48,703 nucleotides of DNA, from positions 1-48,703 of the forward strand of contig JABICI010000023.1 of the NCBI GenBank assembly GCA_018652335.1, read 5' to 3'. Positions 9,414 to 20,565 of this stretch are shown in pieces. The stretch's first letter is position 1; every line of letters starts with the position of its first letter. The position numbers were made by a program, and so were the translations under genes. Source of the stretch: Flavobacteriales bacterium (GTDB lineage: Bacteria > Bacteroidota > Bacteroidia > Flavobacteriales > BACL11). Under the pieces are notes generated by a model. That model saw only the letters and a list, made by a program, of their open reading frames with translations. It made no database searches and was not told where the DNA came from.

Positions 9414-11334
9414 ATTTACTTAATACTCTAAATTCTGTTCTTCTATTCTTACTTCTTCCTTTTTCGGTCATATTATCTGCAATTGGTTTTTTCTCACCGT
9501 ATCCGTTAAATGAAACTCTTGAACGGTCAACACCTTTCGACAATAATATCTCTACTACGGCCTTTGCTCTATTTTTTGATAAAATCTCATTACTTAACAT
9601 ATCACCAACATTATCTGTATATCCATTAATTTCAATAATTAATTTTTTATTTAACTTAAGGAACTCAGAGAACTCTATTAAGACCTCTTTAGTAATATCA
9701 TTAATATGGTATGAATCAGTATCAAAATAAATATTTTCAACTTTAAAAGAACTACCTTCTTCAAGAGATTCTAAATTAAAACTAAATTTTTTTGGAGAGG
9801 TAAAAGTGGTATCTTTACTTGAAATAAATTTAGACTTAAAAGCTATACCCTCTTCTTTAATAGTAAGAATCACATCATCATCATCACCTATTGGTATTGC
9901 GACTACATATGAGCCAGAAGATAGGCTAACTATTGATTTATCTTTTGTATTAATATTTTTAATTTCTAATTCAACATTATCTAGATTAATATTATCTCCT
10001 AAAATATCTCCTTTTAAAAATAAGACTCTTTGTGGTTTTGCAGATTTATGCAAATCGAAAGAATAAATATTCCAACCTCCAGAATCTTCAATATTGTTTG
10101 AGGCGAAATAAGCCTTTTCCCCATCAGTACTTACAAAAAGTGAAATTTCATCAGATACTGTATTAATTGGATAACCAATATTTAATGGTTTATTCCAAAA
10201 CCCTAGACTATCTTTTCTTGAATAAAAGATATCAAAACCACCAATACTTGGAAAATTTGTAGATGAAAAAAATAAAGTTTTACCATCAGTATGAAGATAT
10301 GGAGATTTCTCAGATTGACTGCTGTTAATATTCGGACCTAAATTGACTGGTTTAGACCACTTTCCATTAACTTTATTGATTTCATACAAATCCATCTTTC
10401 CAAAACCACCTTTTCTGTCACTAGAAAAAAATATAGTATTTCCATCTGAAGAAACTGTCGGTTGAGACTCCCATGAATCTTTTTTTGATATATATTGCGG
10501 GAAACTTTGAATCTCAGAGTAAGTCGAGTCATTAAAAAGATATACATAATAAATATCACAATTATTATATCCTTTTTTATTTCTAATACACTTAGTAAAA
10601 TACAATATCTTATTATCTATAGTCAATGAAGCTCCTCCTTCATTATTTGATTGATTAAATGGAAAACCAAGTGGTTTTCCAATTTCGAAATTCTCACCAA
10701 CCCTCTTACTAATAATAAAATTTTCAACTATGCTAGTTGTAATTGAATTTAAGCTTTTTACCTTAGATCTTCTAGTAAAAAATGACAATTCTTGATCAGG
10801 TGAAATTATTGGTAAATATTCATCATTATCTGTAGACAAATGTTTAACAACTTCGGGCTCAAAATCTACAGGGTTATTAATAATTTCTGCTATCTCCTTA
10901 GCTTTATTATAAAGTCTAATTGCATCAGAATAATATGGATCAGATATTTCTAAATCAATAGCCTTTTGAAGATACAAATTAGCTTTAATAAAATTATTTC
11001 TATAAAAGTTTATTTGACCAAGAAAATAAAATGCATTTGGAAAATTATCAGGGCAAACCGTTATACAATCTAGTGCAAATTTCTCAGACTTAAAATAATT
11101 GGCATTAATCCATTCAATTTCTGATCTTAACTCTAAAAATATGGGCTTAACTTCAACTTTACTAAGAGCATCTATTGCATTATAATAAGAATTCTCAGAA
11201 ATTAGCTTATTAATCCTCTTAAGTTGCCTTTTTTCTGTTCTATTTTTAGGAGCACAAACTTGCGCAAAGAGTCCATTGGCAAACAATAAAAAGCAAAAAT
11301 ATATTAATATCCTCATTAAACAATTAACAATCAA
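9412..11334 (-). CDS. OmpA-family peptidoglycan-binding protein with TPR and PD40/WD40 propeller (PorE-like architecture)
   Basis: N-terminal TPR-like helices; PD40 repeats (FFSSDRKGGFGKMDLY, LGPNINS, GGFDIF, NIGYPINT); OmpA_C (NIYFDT, GYTDNVG..N..LS..RA, GYGE..P, NRRTE). Real start is probably MRILIYF. Confidence 0.85.
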   Translation of the reverse strand: MIVNCLMRILIYFCFLLFANGLFAQVCAPKNRTEKRQLKRINKLISENSYYNAIDALSKVEVKPIFLELRSEIEWINANYFKSEKFALDCITVCPDNFPNAFYFLGQINFYRNNFIKANLYLQKAIDLEISDPYYSDAIRLYNKAKEIAEIINNPVDFEPEVVKHLSTDNDEYLPIISPDQELSFFTRRSKVKSLNSITTSIVENFIISKRVGENFEIGKPLGFPFNQSNNEGGASLTIDNKILYFTKCIRNKKGYNNCDIYYVYLFNDSTYSEIQSFPQYISKKDSWESQPTVSSDGNTIFFSSDRKGGFGKMDLYEINKVNGKWSKPVNLGPNINSSQSEKSPYLHTDGKTLFFSSTNFPSIGGFDIFYSRKDSLGFWNKPLNIGYPINTVSDEISLFVSTDGEKAYFASNNIEDSGGWNIYSFDLHKSAKPQRVLFLKGDILGDNINLDNVELEIKNINTKDKSIVSLSSGSYVVAIPIGDDDDVILTIKEEGIAFKSKFISSKDTTFTSPKKFSFNLESLEEGSSFKVENIYFDTDSYHINDITKEVLIEFSEFLKLNKKLIIEINGYTDNVGDMLSNEILSKNRAKAVVEILLSKGVDRSRVSFNGYGEKKPIADNMTEKGRSKNRRTEFRVLSK

Positions 11335-12598
11335 TTTCTGTTACCTCATTAAGCTTACCCTCTGAAGAAGCAACCACAGTCGCTACAGTAGCATCTCCAG
11401 TCACATTAACTACTGTTCTTAACATATCTAGTATTCGATCTACTCCAAAAATTAGCGCCAACCCCTCAGCTGGAACATTTATAGCACCTAAAACAATAAC
11501 AAGCATTACCATTCCAGCTCCTGGAACAGCAGCAGCTCCTATTGAGGCTAACGTAGCTGTTAAAACAATTGTTAGTTGCTGATTCAAATCTAGGTCAATA
11601 CCAAAAGCTTGGGCTATAAAAACAGCAGCTACTGCTTGATATAGAGAGGTTCCATCCATATTTATTGTTGCTCCTAGAGGTAAAACAAATGATGATATTT
11701 CCTCAGATACGCCTAAGTGCTCTTCACATCTTTCCATTGTTACTGGAAGTGTTGCTGCACTAGAGCTTGTAGAAAAAGCTAACATCTGTGCTGGTGACAA
11801 TGCCTTAAAAAAATTAAAATAATTAATTTTTGTAAAACTTTTAATTATTGATGGATAAATAACAAGAATCATTATGAGGAGTCCAATTATTACAGTAATA
11901 GAATATTTAGCAAGAGCAATAAACAATGAAGAACTTGCTCCAAAATCAACAACTAATGAAGCTAACAAAGCAAAAACACCATAAGGTGAAATTAGCATGA
12001 TTAAATCAACTATTTTTAATATAATATCATTTATTCCATTGAAAAACCCTTTTACAAATTTTGTATTTTCATCTGGAAGCATTACCATTGAGATACCAAA
12101 TAGAATTGCAAAAAAGATAACTTGCAACATATTACTATTATTAGCTGAAGCATTTATAATATTAGTTGGAACAATATCCACTACAAATTGCAAAGGACCT
12201 TCTCTACTAACTGTTTCAGCATCAATAATTTTTTCAGTAGTGTTTTTATTTGTTAAATCTATAGAACTTTTATCAAAATCAGATCCAGGCTTTATTATAT
12301 TAACTAATACTAATCCTATTGATACAGAAACAACTGTAGACATTAAATAGAAAGCTATTGTCTTTGCTCCAATTCTACTAAGCCTTGAAATATCAGACAA
12401 GGATGCAACACCTTTAACTAATGAGGCAAAAACAAGGGGTACTGCAATTAATTTTAATAAGTTAACGAAAATTACTCCCCAAGGTTTAATCCAATCATTT
12501 GTAAAGTCGGTCCATAATAGTTTTGATGCAATTAACCCATAAACAACACCAAGTAACATACCAATTATTATTTTCCAATGTAATGCAATTTTCTTCAT
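11324..12598 (-). CDS. Dicarboxylate/amino acid:cation symporter (DAACS, GltP-like)
   Basis: AFSTSSSAATLP, LPLGATINMDGT, ASIGAAAVPGAG, DRILDMLRTVVNVTGDA. Confidence 0.95.
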   Translation of the reverse strand: MKKIALHWKIIIGMLLGVVYGLIASKLLWTDFTNDWIKPWGVIFVNLLKLIAVPLVFASLVKGVASLSDISRLSRIGAKTIAFYLMSTVVSVSIGLVLVNIIKPGSDFDKSSIDLTNKNTTEKIIDAETVSREGPLQFVVDIVPTNIINASANNSNMLQVIFFAILFGISMVMLPDENTKFVKGFFNGINDIILKIVDLIMLISPYGVFALLASLVVDFGASSSLFIALAKYSITVIIGLLIMILVIYPSIIKSFTKINYFNFFKALSPAQMLAFSTSSSAATLPVTMERCEEHLGVSEEISSFVLPLGATINMDGTSLYQAVAAVFIAQAFGIDLDLNQQLTIVLTATLASIGAAAVPGAGMVMLVIVLGAINVPAEGLALIFGVDRILDMLRTVVNVTGDATVATVVASSEGKLNEVTEIDC

Positions 12599-12624
12599 TT
12601 TTTTAATTAATGTTACAATTTAAG

Positions 12625-14040
12625 TTAATAAATAATTTTTCTTTTTTCTGCACTGCCATCATTAAAGATATATATATGTAATTGATTAGATGGTTTTAAA
12701 GTTTTTCTTCCAAACAAATCTGTTATTTTATAAATACTTTTAGAAGGTAGTTCACTATTATACATACTTGTTGATAGAAGTGTTATACAATCATTCATAT
12801 CAGAACATGTAACAAGAGGGTCATATTCTAAATACAAAATATCTCCACAACCATTTGGCAAATCACATAATCCATTATCAATATTAGCAGTAGAATCATA
12901 ATTACAAGCAATAGAATCTACACAACCAAAAATTGGAGTTTGAGGAGTATAGAAAAACCAATCAAATTTATGAGCTCTATAAAGATTATTTCCATTATTG
13001 TATTCTAGTTGAAAAACAATCTGATTATTGGAATCAACTTCAGTAATAATTGATCCTAGATTTAACATCTGTAAATTACCAAAATTAATTAAGGTATTAC
13101 CGTTAGGAAGTCTTTGTACACCTCCAATTGATGGAGTAAATAATGAGTCAGGGTGAATAAATTCCCAAACCTTGGTAGCTGTCATTAAAACAGTATCGAG
13201 TTCATATTCAACAGCTCTAGAAATATTTACTGTTCCAGTATATTGTGAGCTAAAATTTCCGTTATCAAACAAAAGATAGCGATTACTTCCTAAGCTCTTA
13301 ATAGAATGTTGATGAGTAAATGGATAATCATTAATAAAAGTAAATTCATTTTGAGAACCTCCAAATCTCCAGATAATATCACCAGTAACTCTATTAATTT
13401 TGGTTATCTCATCAAGGCCTCTACTTGATAACAATAAATTATCATCAAAATCAATATCAATTGCATTTGCATGTATAAAAGGCAAATTAGAAGATGTCCA
13501 TGGAGCAAGATAACTATTTTCAGTAACATGAAAATGATCCCAACTCTTCCATTCAAAAACTAAATTATGATAAGTATCCATTTCTTGTATAACTAATCCC
13601 TCAACAATAGCATTTGGATCTCCTCCAACAACAACTGTATCCATAGCATATACCTGCTCATCATAAGCAAAAAGGATATAGTTTCCATTTGAAAGGGCAA
13701 GGAAATCATGATTATCAGCAATATAACCATTTAGACCATAAATTGAATCGACTTCGTTATATAGTGAGTCCATAATAAACCATCCTTTTGATGATCTATC
13801 AAAATAAGAAAGTTTATTATTATAGTTAACTTTAAAATCCCACCCTTTCATTCCCATATTTTGAGAATAAATCTCTACATGGCTAGAATCAAGTATTTTT
13901 ACTGGCCTAGGACTTGATCCGCCTTTTTGAAAAAATAAATTACCACTGTACGCATTTGTATTGCTGTAAGTTATATTATAATCAATTTGAGAAAACAACA
14001 AGGATGGCACTAAAAATATTAAGTAAAAAAATAATTTCAT
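12625..14040 (-). CDS. Secreted arylsulfotransferase (ASST)-family propeller protein with Cys-rich repeat and short T9SS-like C-terminal domain
   Basis: Signal peptide; NHDF, FEWKSWDH, HANAID, LLSSR, HQH, LFDNG, SRAVEY, QRLPNGNTLI; GCVDSIACNYDSTANIDNGLC; tail KITDLFGR...YIFNDGSAEKR. Confidence 0.8.
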   Translation of the reverse strand: MKLFFYLIFLVPSLLFSQIDYNITYSNTNAYSGNLFFQKGGSSPRPVKILDSSHVEIYSQNMGMKGWDFKVNYNNKLSYFDRSSKGWFIMDSLYNEVDSIYGLNGYIADNHDFLALSNGNYILFAYDEQVYAMDTVVVGGDPNAIVEGLVIQEMDTYHNLVFEWKSWDHFHVTENSYLAPWTSSNLPFIHANAIDIDFDDNLLLSSRGLDEITKINRVTGDIIWRFGGSQNEFTFINDYPFTHQHSIKSLGSNRYLLFDNGNFSSQYTGTVNISRAVEYELDTVLMTATKVWEFIHPDSLFTPSIGGVQRLPNGNTLINFGNLQMLNLGSIITEVDSNNQIVFQLEYNNGNNLYRAHKFDWFFYTPQTPIFGCVDSIACNYDSTANIDNGLCDLPNGCGDILYLEYDPLVTCSDMNDCITLLSTSMYNSELPSKSIYKITDLFGRKTLKPSNQLHIYIFNDGSAEKRKIIY

Positions 14041-14042
14041 AT

Positions 14043-15116
14043 CTATATTCTATTAGAAAGACTTAAAAAATAGCTGTCTATAAGTGTTAAAGCTAGCATA
14101 CTCGCAACAATTGGCACTGCTCTAGGAACAACACATGAGTCATGCCTTCCCTTGCCACTTATTTGTGAACCTGCCCCTTTACTGTCAATAGAATTTTGTT
14201 TCTGCATAATTGTAGAAACTGGTTTAAATGATATTTCGCAATAGATATCGTTTCCATTACTTATACCGCCTTGGATTCCTCCAGAAAAATTAGTCTTTGT
14301 TTTTCCATTATTATTAATAAATATATCATTAACCTCACTTCCTTTACTTGATGGTATATCAGTATTTTCAAAGCCGTATTTAAAACCGTGAACAGCATTT
14401 ATACTTAGCAAAGATTTACCAATTTCTGCGTGTAATTTATTAAAAACAGGCTCACCCCATCCAATAGGTACACCAATAGCAATTGCAACTATAGAACCTC
14501 CAATTGTATCACCTAAGCTAGAAATTGTATTAATTTCTTCAATCATCTTTTTAGCAAGAACATTATCTGGACATCTGACTATATTACCGTAAATATTAGA
14601 TAAATCTAATTCTTTATAGCATTTATTTAATTTTACATTACCAACTGAACTAACATAAGCAAATATTTTAACTCCTAATCCATCAAGTAGTTGCTGAGCA
14701 ATAGATCCAGCAACCACACGACAAGCCGTTTCTCTTGCAGATGAACGACCACCTCCCCTATAATCTCTAAAACCATACTTCTTCTCATAGGTAAAGTCAG
14801 CATGGGATGGTCTAAATTTATCTTTAATATGCATATAATCATCAGAGTTATGATCTTCATTCTTTATAATGAAACCTATAGGCGTACCAGTAGTCTTGCC
14901 ATTAAAAATTCCAGAAAAGAACTCTACTTTATCACTTTCTCTTCTTTGAGATACAATAGAGCTAATACCAGGCTTACGATTATCTAAATTGCTTTGAATG
15001 CTATTAAAATCAACATTTAAACCGGCAGGACAACCATCAATAACTCCTCCAATAGCTTTACCATGAGATTCACCAAATGTTGTTAATTTAAATATTTTAC
15101 CGAATGTATTTCCCAC
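14043..15116 (-). CDS. aroC: Chorismate synthase (start re-called to GTG at 15116)
   Basis: GNTFG...[45 protein letters not shown]. The longer track start overlaps hutI. Confidence 0.96.
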   Translation of the reverse strand: MGNTFGKIFKLTTFGESHGKAIGGVIDGCPAGLNVDFNSIQSNLDNRKPGISSIVSQRRESDKVEFFSGIFNGKTTGTPIGFIIKNEDHNSDDYMHIKDKFRPSHADFTYEKKYGFRDYRGGGRSSARETACRVVAGSIAQQLLDGLGVKIFAYVSSVGNVKLNKCYKELDLSNIYGNIVRCPDNVLAKKMIEEINTISSLGDTIGGSIVAIAIGVPIGWGEPVFNKLHAEIGKSLLSINAVHGFKYGFENTDIPSSKGSEVNDIFINNNGKTKTNFSGGIQGGISNGNDIYCEISFKPVSTIMQKQNSIDSKGAGSQISGKGRHDSCVVPRAVPIVASMLALTLIDSYFLSLSNRI

Positions 15117-15119
15117 ACG

Positions 15120-15160
15120 CAAATATAACACATTTGATATAAGTGAATTTTGTACTTTTG
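15120..15160. promoter_or_regulatory. Back-to-back -7 promoter elements for divergent aroC (TATATTTG, minus, 15120-15127) and hutI (TACTTTTG, plus, 15153-15160)
   Basis: Two exact TAnnTTTG matches within a 51-bp gap. Confidence 0.65.
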
Positions 15161-15167
15161 TAATAAT

Positions 15168-16412
15168 ATGAAAACTATAATTAAAAATATATCTGAACTT
15201 ATTCAAACTGAAACATCTCAAGTTAATTTTGTCTCAGCAATGGATATGCAAAATATAAATACAATTAAAGATGCATTTTTAGAAATAACTGATGGCTTAA
15301 TCTCAAGTTTTGGTAGTATGGATGAATGGGCAGGAATTGATGATTGGATAAATACAAATATTATTGATGCTGATGGTGGAATGGTATTTCCAACTTACTG
15401 TGATAGTCACACTCACTTAGTTTTTGCTAAAAGTAGGGAATCAGAATTTATTGATCGTATTAAAGGATTATCATATCAAGAAATTGCTGATAAAGGAGGT
15501 GGAATCTTAAACTCTGTAGAAAAACTAAGAAATACTAGTGAAGAGAAATTATTTATTGATGCAAAAATTAGATTAGATAATATAATAAAACTTGGAACAG
15601 GTGCTGTTGAAATAAAAAGTGGGTATGGCTTATCTATTGAATCTGAACTTAAAATTCTTCGAGTAATAAAAAGATTAAAAAAGTGTTCTGAAATGACAAT
15701 AAAGTCTACATTTCTTGCAGCACATGCTATTCCAAATGAGTTTAAAAATAATAAGGAGGGATATTTAGATTTGATTATCTCAGATATGCTCCCAAAAGTT
15801 GTAAATGAAAATCTTGCTGACTATATAGACATTTTTTGTGAAAAAGGTTACTTCACCAATGATGACACAAATAAACTCTTAACTGCAGCAAATAAATATG
15901 GATTACGTGCAAAGACTCATGTAAATCAATTTAATTCCTTAGGAGGTGTAGAAACATCAGTAAGACACAATGCTTTGTCAGTAGATCATTTAGAAATTAT
16001 GAAAGAAAATGATATAGAAGCATTATTCGAATCTAGTTGCATGCCAACAGTATTACCTTCATGTTCATTTTTTTTAGGAATTCCATATAGTCCAGCTAGA
16101 AAAATGATAGACAAAGGACTTCCAATAGCTCTAGCATCTGACTTTAATCCTGGTTCCTCCCCAAGTGGAAATATGAATTTTGTCTCATCCTTAGGATGTA
16201 TAAAGCTTAAAATGACATCAGAAGAGGTAATTAATGCTACCACTATTAATAGTGCATACGCAATGGGAGTTGAAAAAGAACTTGGAAGTATAGCTTTAGG
16301 AAAAAAAGCTAACTTTTTTATCACAAAACAAATACCTTCCTATTCATATCCTCATTACAGTTTTGGTGAAAATTTAATTGAGAGTGTTTACTTAAATGGA
16401 AAAAAACAATAA
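15168..16412 (+). CDS. hutI: Imidazolonepropionase (start re-called to ATG at 15168)
   Basis: [57 protein letters not shown]. Confidence 0.95.
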   Translation: MKTIIKNISELIQTETSQVNFVSAMDMQNINTIKDAFLEITDGLISSFGSMDEWAGIDDWINTNIIDADGGMVFPTYCDSHTHLVFAKSRESEFIDRIKGLSYQEIADKGGGILNSVEKLRNTSEEKLFIDAKIRLDNIIKLGTGAVEIKSGYGLSIESELKILRVIKRLKKCSEMTIKSTFLAAHAIPNEFKNNKEGYLDLIISDMLPKVVNENLADYIDIFCEKGYFTNDDTNKLLTAANKYGLRAKTHVNQFNSLGGVETSVRHNALSVDHLEIMKENDIEALFESSCMPTVLPSCSFFLGIPYSPARKMIDKGLPIALASDFNPGSSPSGNMNFVSSLGCIKLKMTSEEVINATTINSAYAMGVEKELGSIALGKKANFFITKQIPSYSYPHYSFGENLIESVYLNGKKQ

Positions 16413-16423
16413 TTAATTTTAAT

Positions 16424-16801
16424 TTATTTTTTAAGTCTCTTCATATAATAAAAATGTAGTAGCGCTCCATTTGAAACTACAACATTAGAGCTTATAAACT
16501 CCCAACCATCTTTAGATACTACATTAACAGCATGCGCTAATGATCTATACTTCATCTCGTTTAATGATTCATTCATATTAGCACCAACAAAATCAAAAGA
16601 TATCTTCGCTCTAGTTTGATTCATACTAGATGTGCCAACTGCATCAAGGTCATTAGAAGAATAACCTTTAATTATCATAAATTCATATTGAGCTGTTGTA
16701 TTTTTATTTGGAAAGACAGACCTATCACTTTTTGATCTCTTTTGAGAGAATGATTGAAAAGAAATCAATCCAACAGCTAATAACAATAATATTTTTTTCA
16801 T
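16424..16801 (-). CDS. Hypothetical exported protein
   Basis: Sec signal peptide; C-terminal AVNVVSKDGWEFISS...HFYYMKR resembles the DUF4177-type motif. Confidence 0.65.
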   Translation of the reverse strand: MKKILLLLAVGLISFQSFSQKRSKSDRSVFPNKNTTAQYEFMIIKGYSSNDLDAVGTSSMNQTRAKISFDFVGANMNESLNEMKYRSLAHAVNVVSKDGWEFISSNVVVSNGALLHFYYMKRLKK

Positions 16802-16819
16802 TTAATAAGTTTTAATTCT

Positions 16820-17638
16820 TTATTGACCACCTAAAATAATTGGCAAGTCTCCATCTCCATTACCGATAACAATAACTTTAGAGTTTGGTGATTTCGATAT
16901 CTCTTGAGTAGCTTCAACACCCTTCCATTTTAATAATTGTGGTGTAATAGTTTGATTAACAATCTTTTGAAATTTTGCAATTCCATTAGCCTCAATTTCT
17001 TTTCTTTCAGCTTCCTTTCTAGCTTTATCAATCTTAAACTCATACTCTAATGATTCTTGCTCTTGCTTAAGCTTTTGCTCAATTGCAGTTCTTAAAGTTT
17101 GAGGCAAGGTAACATCTCTAATAAGTATAGCATCTAATAAAAGATATTTTGCTTCAATATTAATTTTTGTTGCAGCAAAAATCTCATCTTCAATAGCTTC
17201 TCTCTTAGTTGAGTACAATTCTTCAGGCAAATAATTCCCAATAACTTCTCTTGTTACAGATCTAATTTCAGGCTTTATAATTCTTTCTAAATAATCTTTT
17301 CCAATATTATCATGTAAATATCCTATTTGATTTGATACTGGTTGGTATCTAAATGACAAATCAATTTTAATAGACAATCCATTTTTTGAAAGAACCTCCA
17401 TCTTTTCAAATGTGTCTTTAAGTTTTACATCATAAATATGCATAGTATTCCATGGTGCAATTATATGAAACCCCTGGTCATATACAGTTTCAATATCTAA
17501 ACCTCCAGCAAATTTTTTAAATAAAACACCTTTTTCGCCTGGCTCAATTGTCACAAACATACTTGAACTAAACATTACAATAAATATTAATCCAACAACT
17601 CCAAGAATTAAAGGTTTAGGTAGACTTTGATTTTCCAT
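16820..17638 (-). CDS. Prohibitin/SPFH (band 7) family protein
   Basis: N-terminal TM, GEKGVLF, GFHIIAPWN, VLSKNGL, RDVTLP, EAERKEIEA.GIA coiled coil. Confidence 0.92.
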   Translation of the reverse strand: MENQSLPKPLILGVVGLIFIVMFSSSMFVTIEPGEKGVLFKKFAGGLDIETVYDQGFHIIAPWNTMHIYDVKLKDTFEKMEVLSKNGLSIKIDLSFRYQPVSNQIGYLHDNIGKDYLERIIKPEIRSVTREVIGNYLPEELYSTKREAIEDEIFAATKINIEAKYLLLDAILIRDVTLPQTLRTAIEQKLKQEQESLEYEFKIDKARKEAERKEIEANGIAKFQKIVNQTITPQLLKWKGVEATQEISKSPNSKVIVIGNGDGDLPIILGGQ

Positions 17639-17740
17639 TATTTTTTTTTTAATTATATAAATTATTTTACACTTCTAATATTGTTTTACAAAGATGCAAA
17701 ATTATAATGAAATTAAAATATTAAAATATTAAAATATAAA

Positions 17741-19741
17741 TTAAACTAATCCATTATATTTTCTTAAAAAATACTCTAATAAAATTAAAAATATCAGCAA
17801 AATTAATAGATTAGTAATACCTAAAAAACTTACTATATTTTGTTTTGAATGAATAATTTTTTTGTTTAATGCAGATGAATTAATAACAGATTCCAATTCT
17901 TTTAAAGAATTCAAGTAAAAAAACTTTCCCCCACTTTGATTTGAAATATGATTCAATGTTTTGTGATTAACATCATCTGAAAACTGCTCTAATTGTATTT
18001 TTTTAACGTTAAAGAAACCCTTTTTATTTTCATCGCTTCCATCAACTCTTGCTACATAATTATACCTGCCAGGCTTTAATATTCCAAGATCAACAAATAA
18101 AGTATTTGACTTTTTAGAAAATAAATATTCTTTAGTATTTAATGAATTATCAGAAATAGAAAATTTAATCTCCTTGTCATTAACTAATTCATAAGATTCA
18201 TTATAAAGTTCAGCATTAATAACAACGCTTTCATCTTGATCATAATCATTCTTATATTTTATCCTTAATAAACTTTTTTCATCATCAATAATTAAATATT
18301 GTGTAAGCTTTAAGAAGATCTCATCAAAAGCTATATTTGAATTATTTATCTTATAATCAAAAAACTTCCATCTCCAAAATCCTTCAGCTGTAACAAAAGC
18401 AATTTTTTTTTCATCTATATACTTTATCATCATCACAGAACTCTTAGATAAAGATTCCTCTTGTTTATTTTTTAAAATAAAATCAAAATTTCCTTTAAGT
18501 TTTTGATTAATATCTGATGAAAATAAAGGCGGTGCATAATTAACAAGATTATTTAACTCATCAGAAAATGTAAATTTTGAGAATCTATTATTTAAAGAAA
18601 TAGTAATAGGATATTTATTTTTATCATTATAAAATTCTCTATTTTTTTCAAAATTTTCAAAATAATAATCCACAGAATTAAATACGATGAGAGATACTTT
18701 ATTATTAAGTAAATTATCAGGTATAATATTTACACCAAAAAGAACAATAAGCTGGTATTTATCAATATTGTATTCTTCATCTATGTCTTTAATAACTACA
18801 TTATATCTTGGATTTTTGCTTATTGAATTATTAAAAGCTGCTAAATCAGGTGTATTGGTGTTTTTTAAAATTAAAATACTTGATGAGTAGTCTATAACAT
18901 CAATATATTTTGTAAAAGAATTATTTGTTAAATTTTCTTCCCCATTTATAGGAATTATTTTAACATCTAAATTTAGTAAACCAACTTTTTCAGCAACTAA
19001 GTCTAGTTCAAAAATCTTATAATTATTATCTTTCTTAAAAGTAACAATTTCATCATACAACTTGATTTTTCCATCTTTAATAACTAAACGACTTTTAACA
19101 TCATTTTTAATTGAAGATGCAATTGAAACTTCTAGAGGAAAAGAATTGCCTAGGAATGTAACTTCGTTAGTTTCAACTTTATCAATTCTAAGATCTTTTT
19201 TAAATGTAGTATCTCCCAATGCAATACAATATACAGGAAAATTATAAGATAAGTATTGAGGATTAAGACCTGTATTATAACTTCCGTCACTAGCTAATAT
19301 AAGCCCAGCTACGTTACGGCCTTCAAATTTATTATTTAATTCAGCAAATAAATTTGAAAAATTAGACTTTAAGCCAGTATTTTTTATAAATCCATTGTAT
19401 ATCTTATCAGAAAAAGAAAATTCATACGACTTGAAATTAATAAGATTGTTTTTAAGTGAAATTAATTCATCAGTAATATCTTCATTAATTGATGTAGAGT
19501 TATCTTTAGCAAATATTAAGATTGGATCTTCAAAATAATTATTATTTAATTTTATTATTGGATTTAAAAGCAACAATAAAATAACACTTAAATAAAAAAA
19601 TCTAATTACAAATAGAAATAAATTAACATTTTTAGATATGAGTTTTGCCTTATTATTGTAAAGCAGATAGGTAAAAATAAATCCAAAAGAAACACATATT
19701 AGGACATAAAAATAAGATGAATCAATATTTATTTCAAACAT
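17741..19741 (-). CDS. vWA-domain membrane protein
   Basis: Two N-terminal TMs (LLLLNP), MIDAS-like DNSTS, LILASDG, Ig-like middle, GFWRW, C-terminal TM ending EYFLRKYNGLV. Confidence 0.75.
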   Translation of the reverse strand: MFEINIDSSYFYVLICVSFGFIFTYLLYNNKAKLISKNVNLFLFVIRFFYLSVILLLLLNPIIKLNNNYFEDPILIFAKDNSTSINEDITDELISLKNNLINFKSYEFSFSDKIYNGFIKNTGLKSNFSNLFAELNNKFEGRNVAGLILASDGSYNTGLNPQYLSYNFPVYCIALGDTTFKKDLRIDKVETNEVTFLGNSFPLEVSIASSIKNDVKSRLVIKDGKIKLYDEIVTFKKDNNYKIFELDLVAEKVGLLNLDVKIIPINGEENLTNNSFTKYIDVIDYSSSILILKNTNTPDLAAFNNSISKNPRYNVVIKDIDEEYNIDKYQLIVLFGVNIIPDNLLNNKVSLIVFNSVDYYFENFEKNREFYNDKNKYPITISLNNRFSKFTFSDELNNLVNYAPPLFSSDINQKLKGNFDFILKNKQEESLSKSSVMMIKYIDEKKIAFVTAEGFWRWKFFDYKINNSNIAFDEIFLKLTQYLIIDDEKSLLRIKYKNDYDQDESVVINAELYNESYELVNDKEIKFSISDNSLNTKEYLFSKKSNTLFVDLGILKPGRYNYVARVDGSDENKKGFFNVKKIQLEQFSDDVNHKTLNHISNQSGGKFFYLNSLKELESVINSSALNKKIIHSKQNIVSFLGITNLLILLIFLILLEYFLRKYNGLV

Positions 19742-19745
19742 TCAA

Positions 19746-20489
19746 TCAGGTTAGCATTCCACCACAAACATTAATAACCTGGCCAGTAATATATGATGAG
19801 AGGTCTGAAGCTAAAAACATAGATACATTTGCAATATCTTCAGGATCACCAACTCTTTTAAGAGGTATTTGATTTCGCCAATTATTAATTGCATCATCTT
19901 CAAGCGATTCAGTCATTTCAGTTTCAATAAAACCAGGTGCGATTGCATTGCATCTAATATTTCTTGACCCCAACTCTAGTGCAGTTGATTTTGTAAATCC
20001 AATTATACCAGCTTTGGAAGCAGAATAATTAGTTTGACCAGCGTTTCCTTTAACCCCTACAACAGAACTCATATTAATAATTGAACCTTTTTTAGCTTTC
20101 ATCATAGTTTTAATGACAGCTTTTGTCATATTAAAAACTGAATTCATATTAATTTGCATTACTAAATTGAAATCATTTTCAGTCATTCGCATTAAAAGAC
20201 TATCCTTGGTAATTCCTGCATTATTTACTAAAACATCAATAGATCCAAAATCTTCTATTACAGATTTTGAAAGTTCTTGTGCAGCAATAAAATTAGAAGC
20301 ATCTGATTTATATCCTTTAGCCTTAACTCCAAAACATGCTAGTTCATTCTCCAATGATTTTGCTTTAGTTGCTGAAGAAAGATAAGTAAAGGCAATATTA
20401 GCTCCATTTTTTGCAAAAACTGTTGCAACTCCCCTACCAATACCTCTACTAGCTCCTGTTATTATTACATTTTTACCTTCTAATAGCAT
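19746..20489 (-). CDS. fabG: 3-oxoacyl-ACP reductase
   Basis: TGASRGIG, NNAGITKD, NMSSVVG..GNAGQTNYSASK, PGFIETEMT. Confidence 0.93.
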   Translation of the reverse strand: MLLEGKNVIITGASRGIGRGVATVFAKNGANIAFTYLSSATKAKSLENELACFGVKAKGYKSDASNFIAAQELSKSVIEDFGSIDVLVNNAGITKDSLLMRMTENDFNLVMQINMNSVFNMTKAVIKTMMKAKKGSIINMSSVVGVKGNAGQTNYSASKAGIIGFTKSTALELGSRNIRCNAIAPGFIETEMTESLEDDAINNWRNQIPLKRVGDPEDIANVSMFLASDLSSYITGQVINVCGGMLT

Positions 20490-20565
20490 CTTATTTTTTT
20501 TTCAAAAGTAAAAAATATTATACACTAAATATAAAAAGACAATCTAAATTATGAAGAGAATAAAG

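Noticed and set aside
15168-16412. hutI without other hut genes nearby
   Set aside because: hut genes are often dispersed in Bacteroidota.
18556-18563. Another CTGATGAG on the minus strand
   Set aside because: Inside the vWA CDS, with no stem II, GAAA or stem III following; not a hammerhead.
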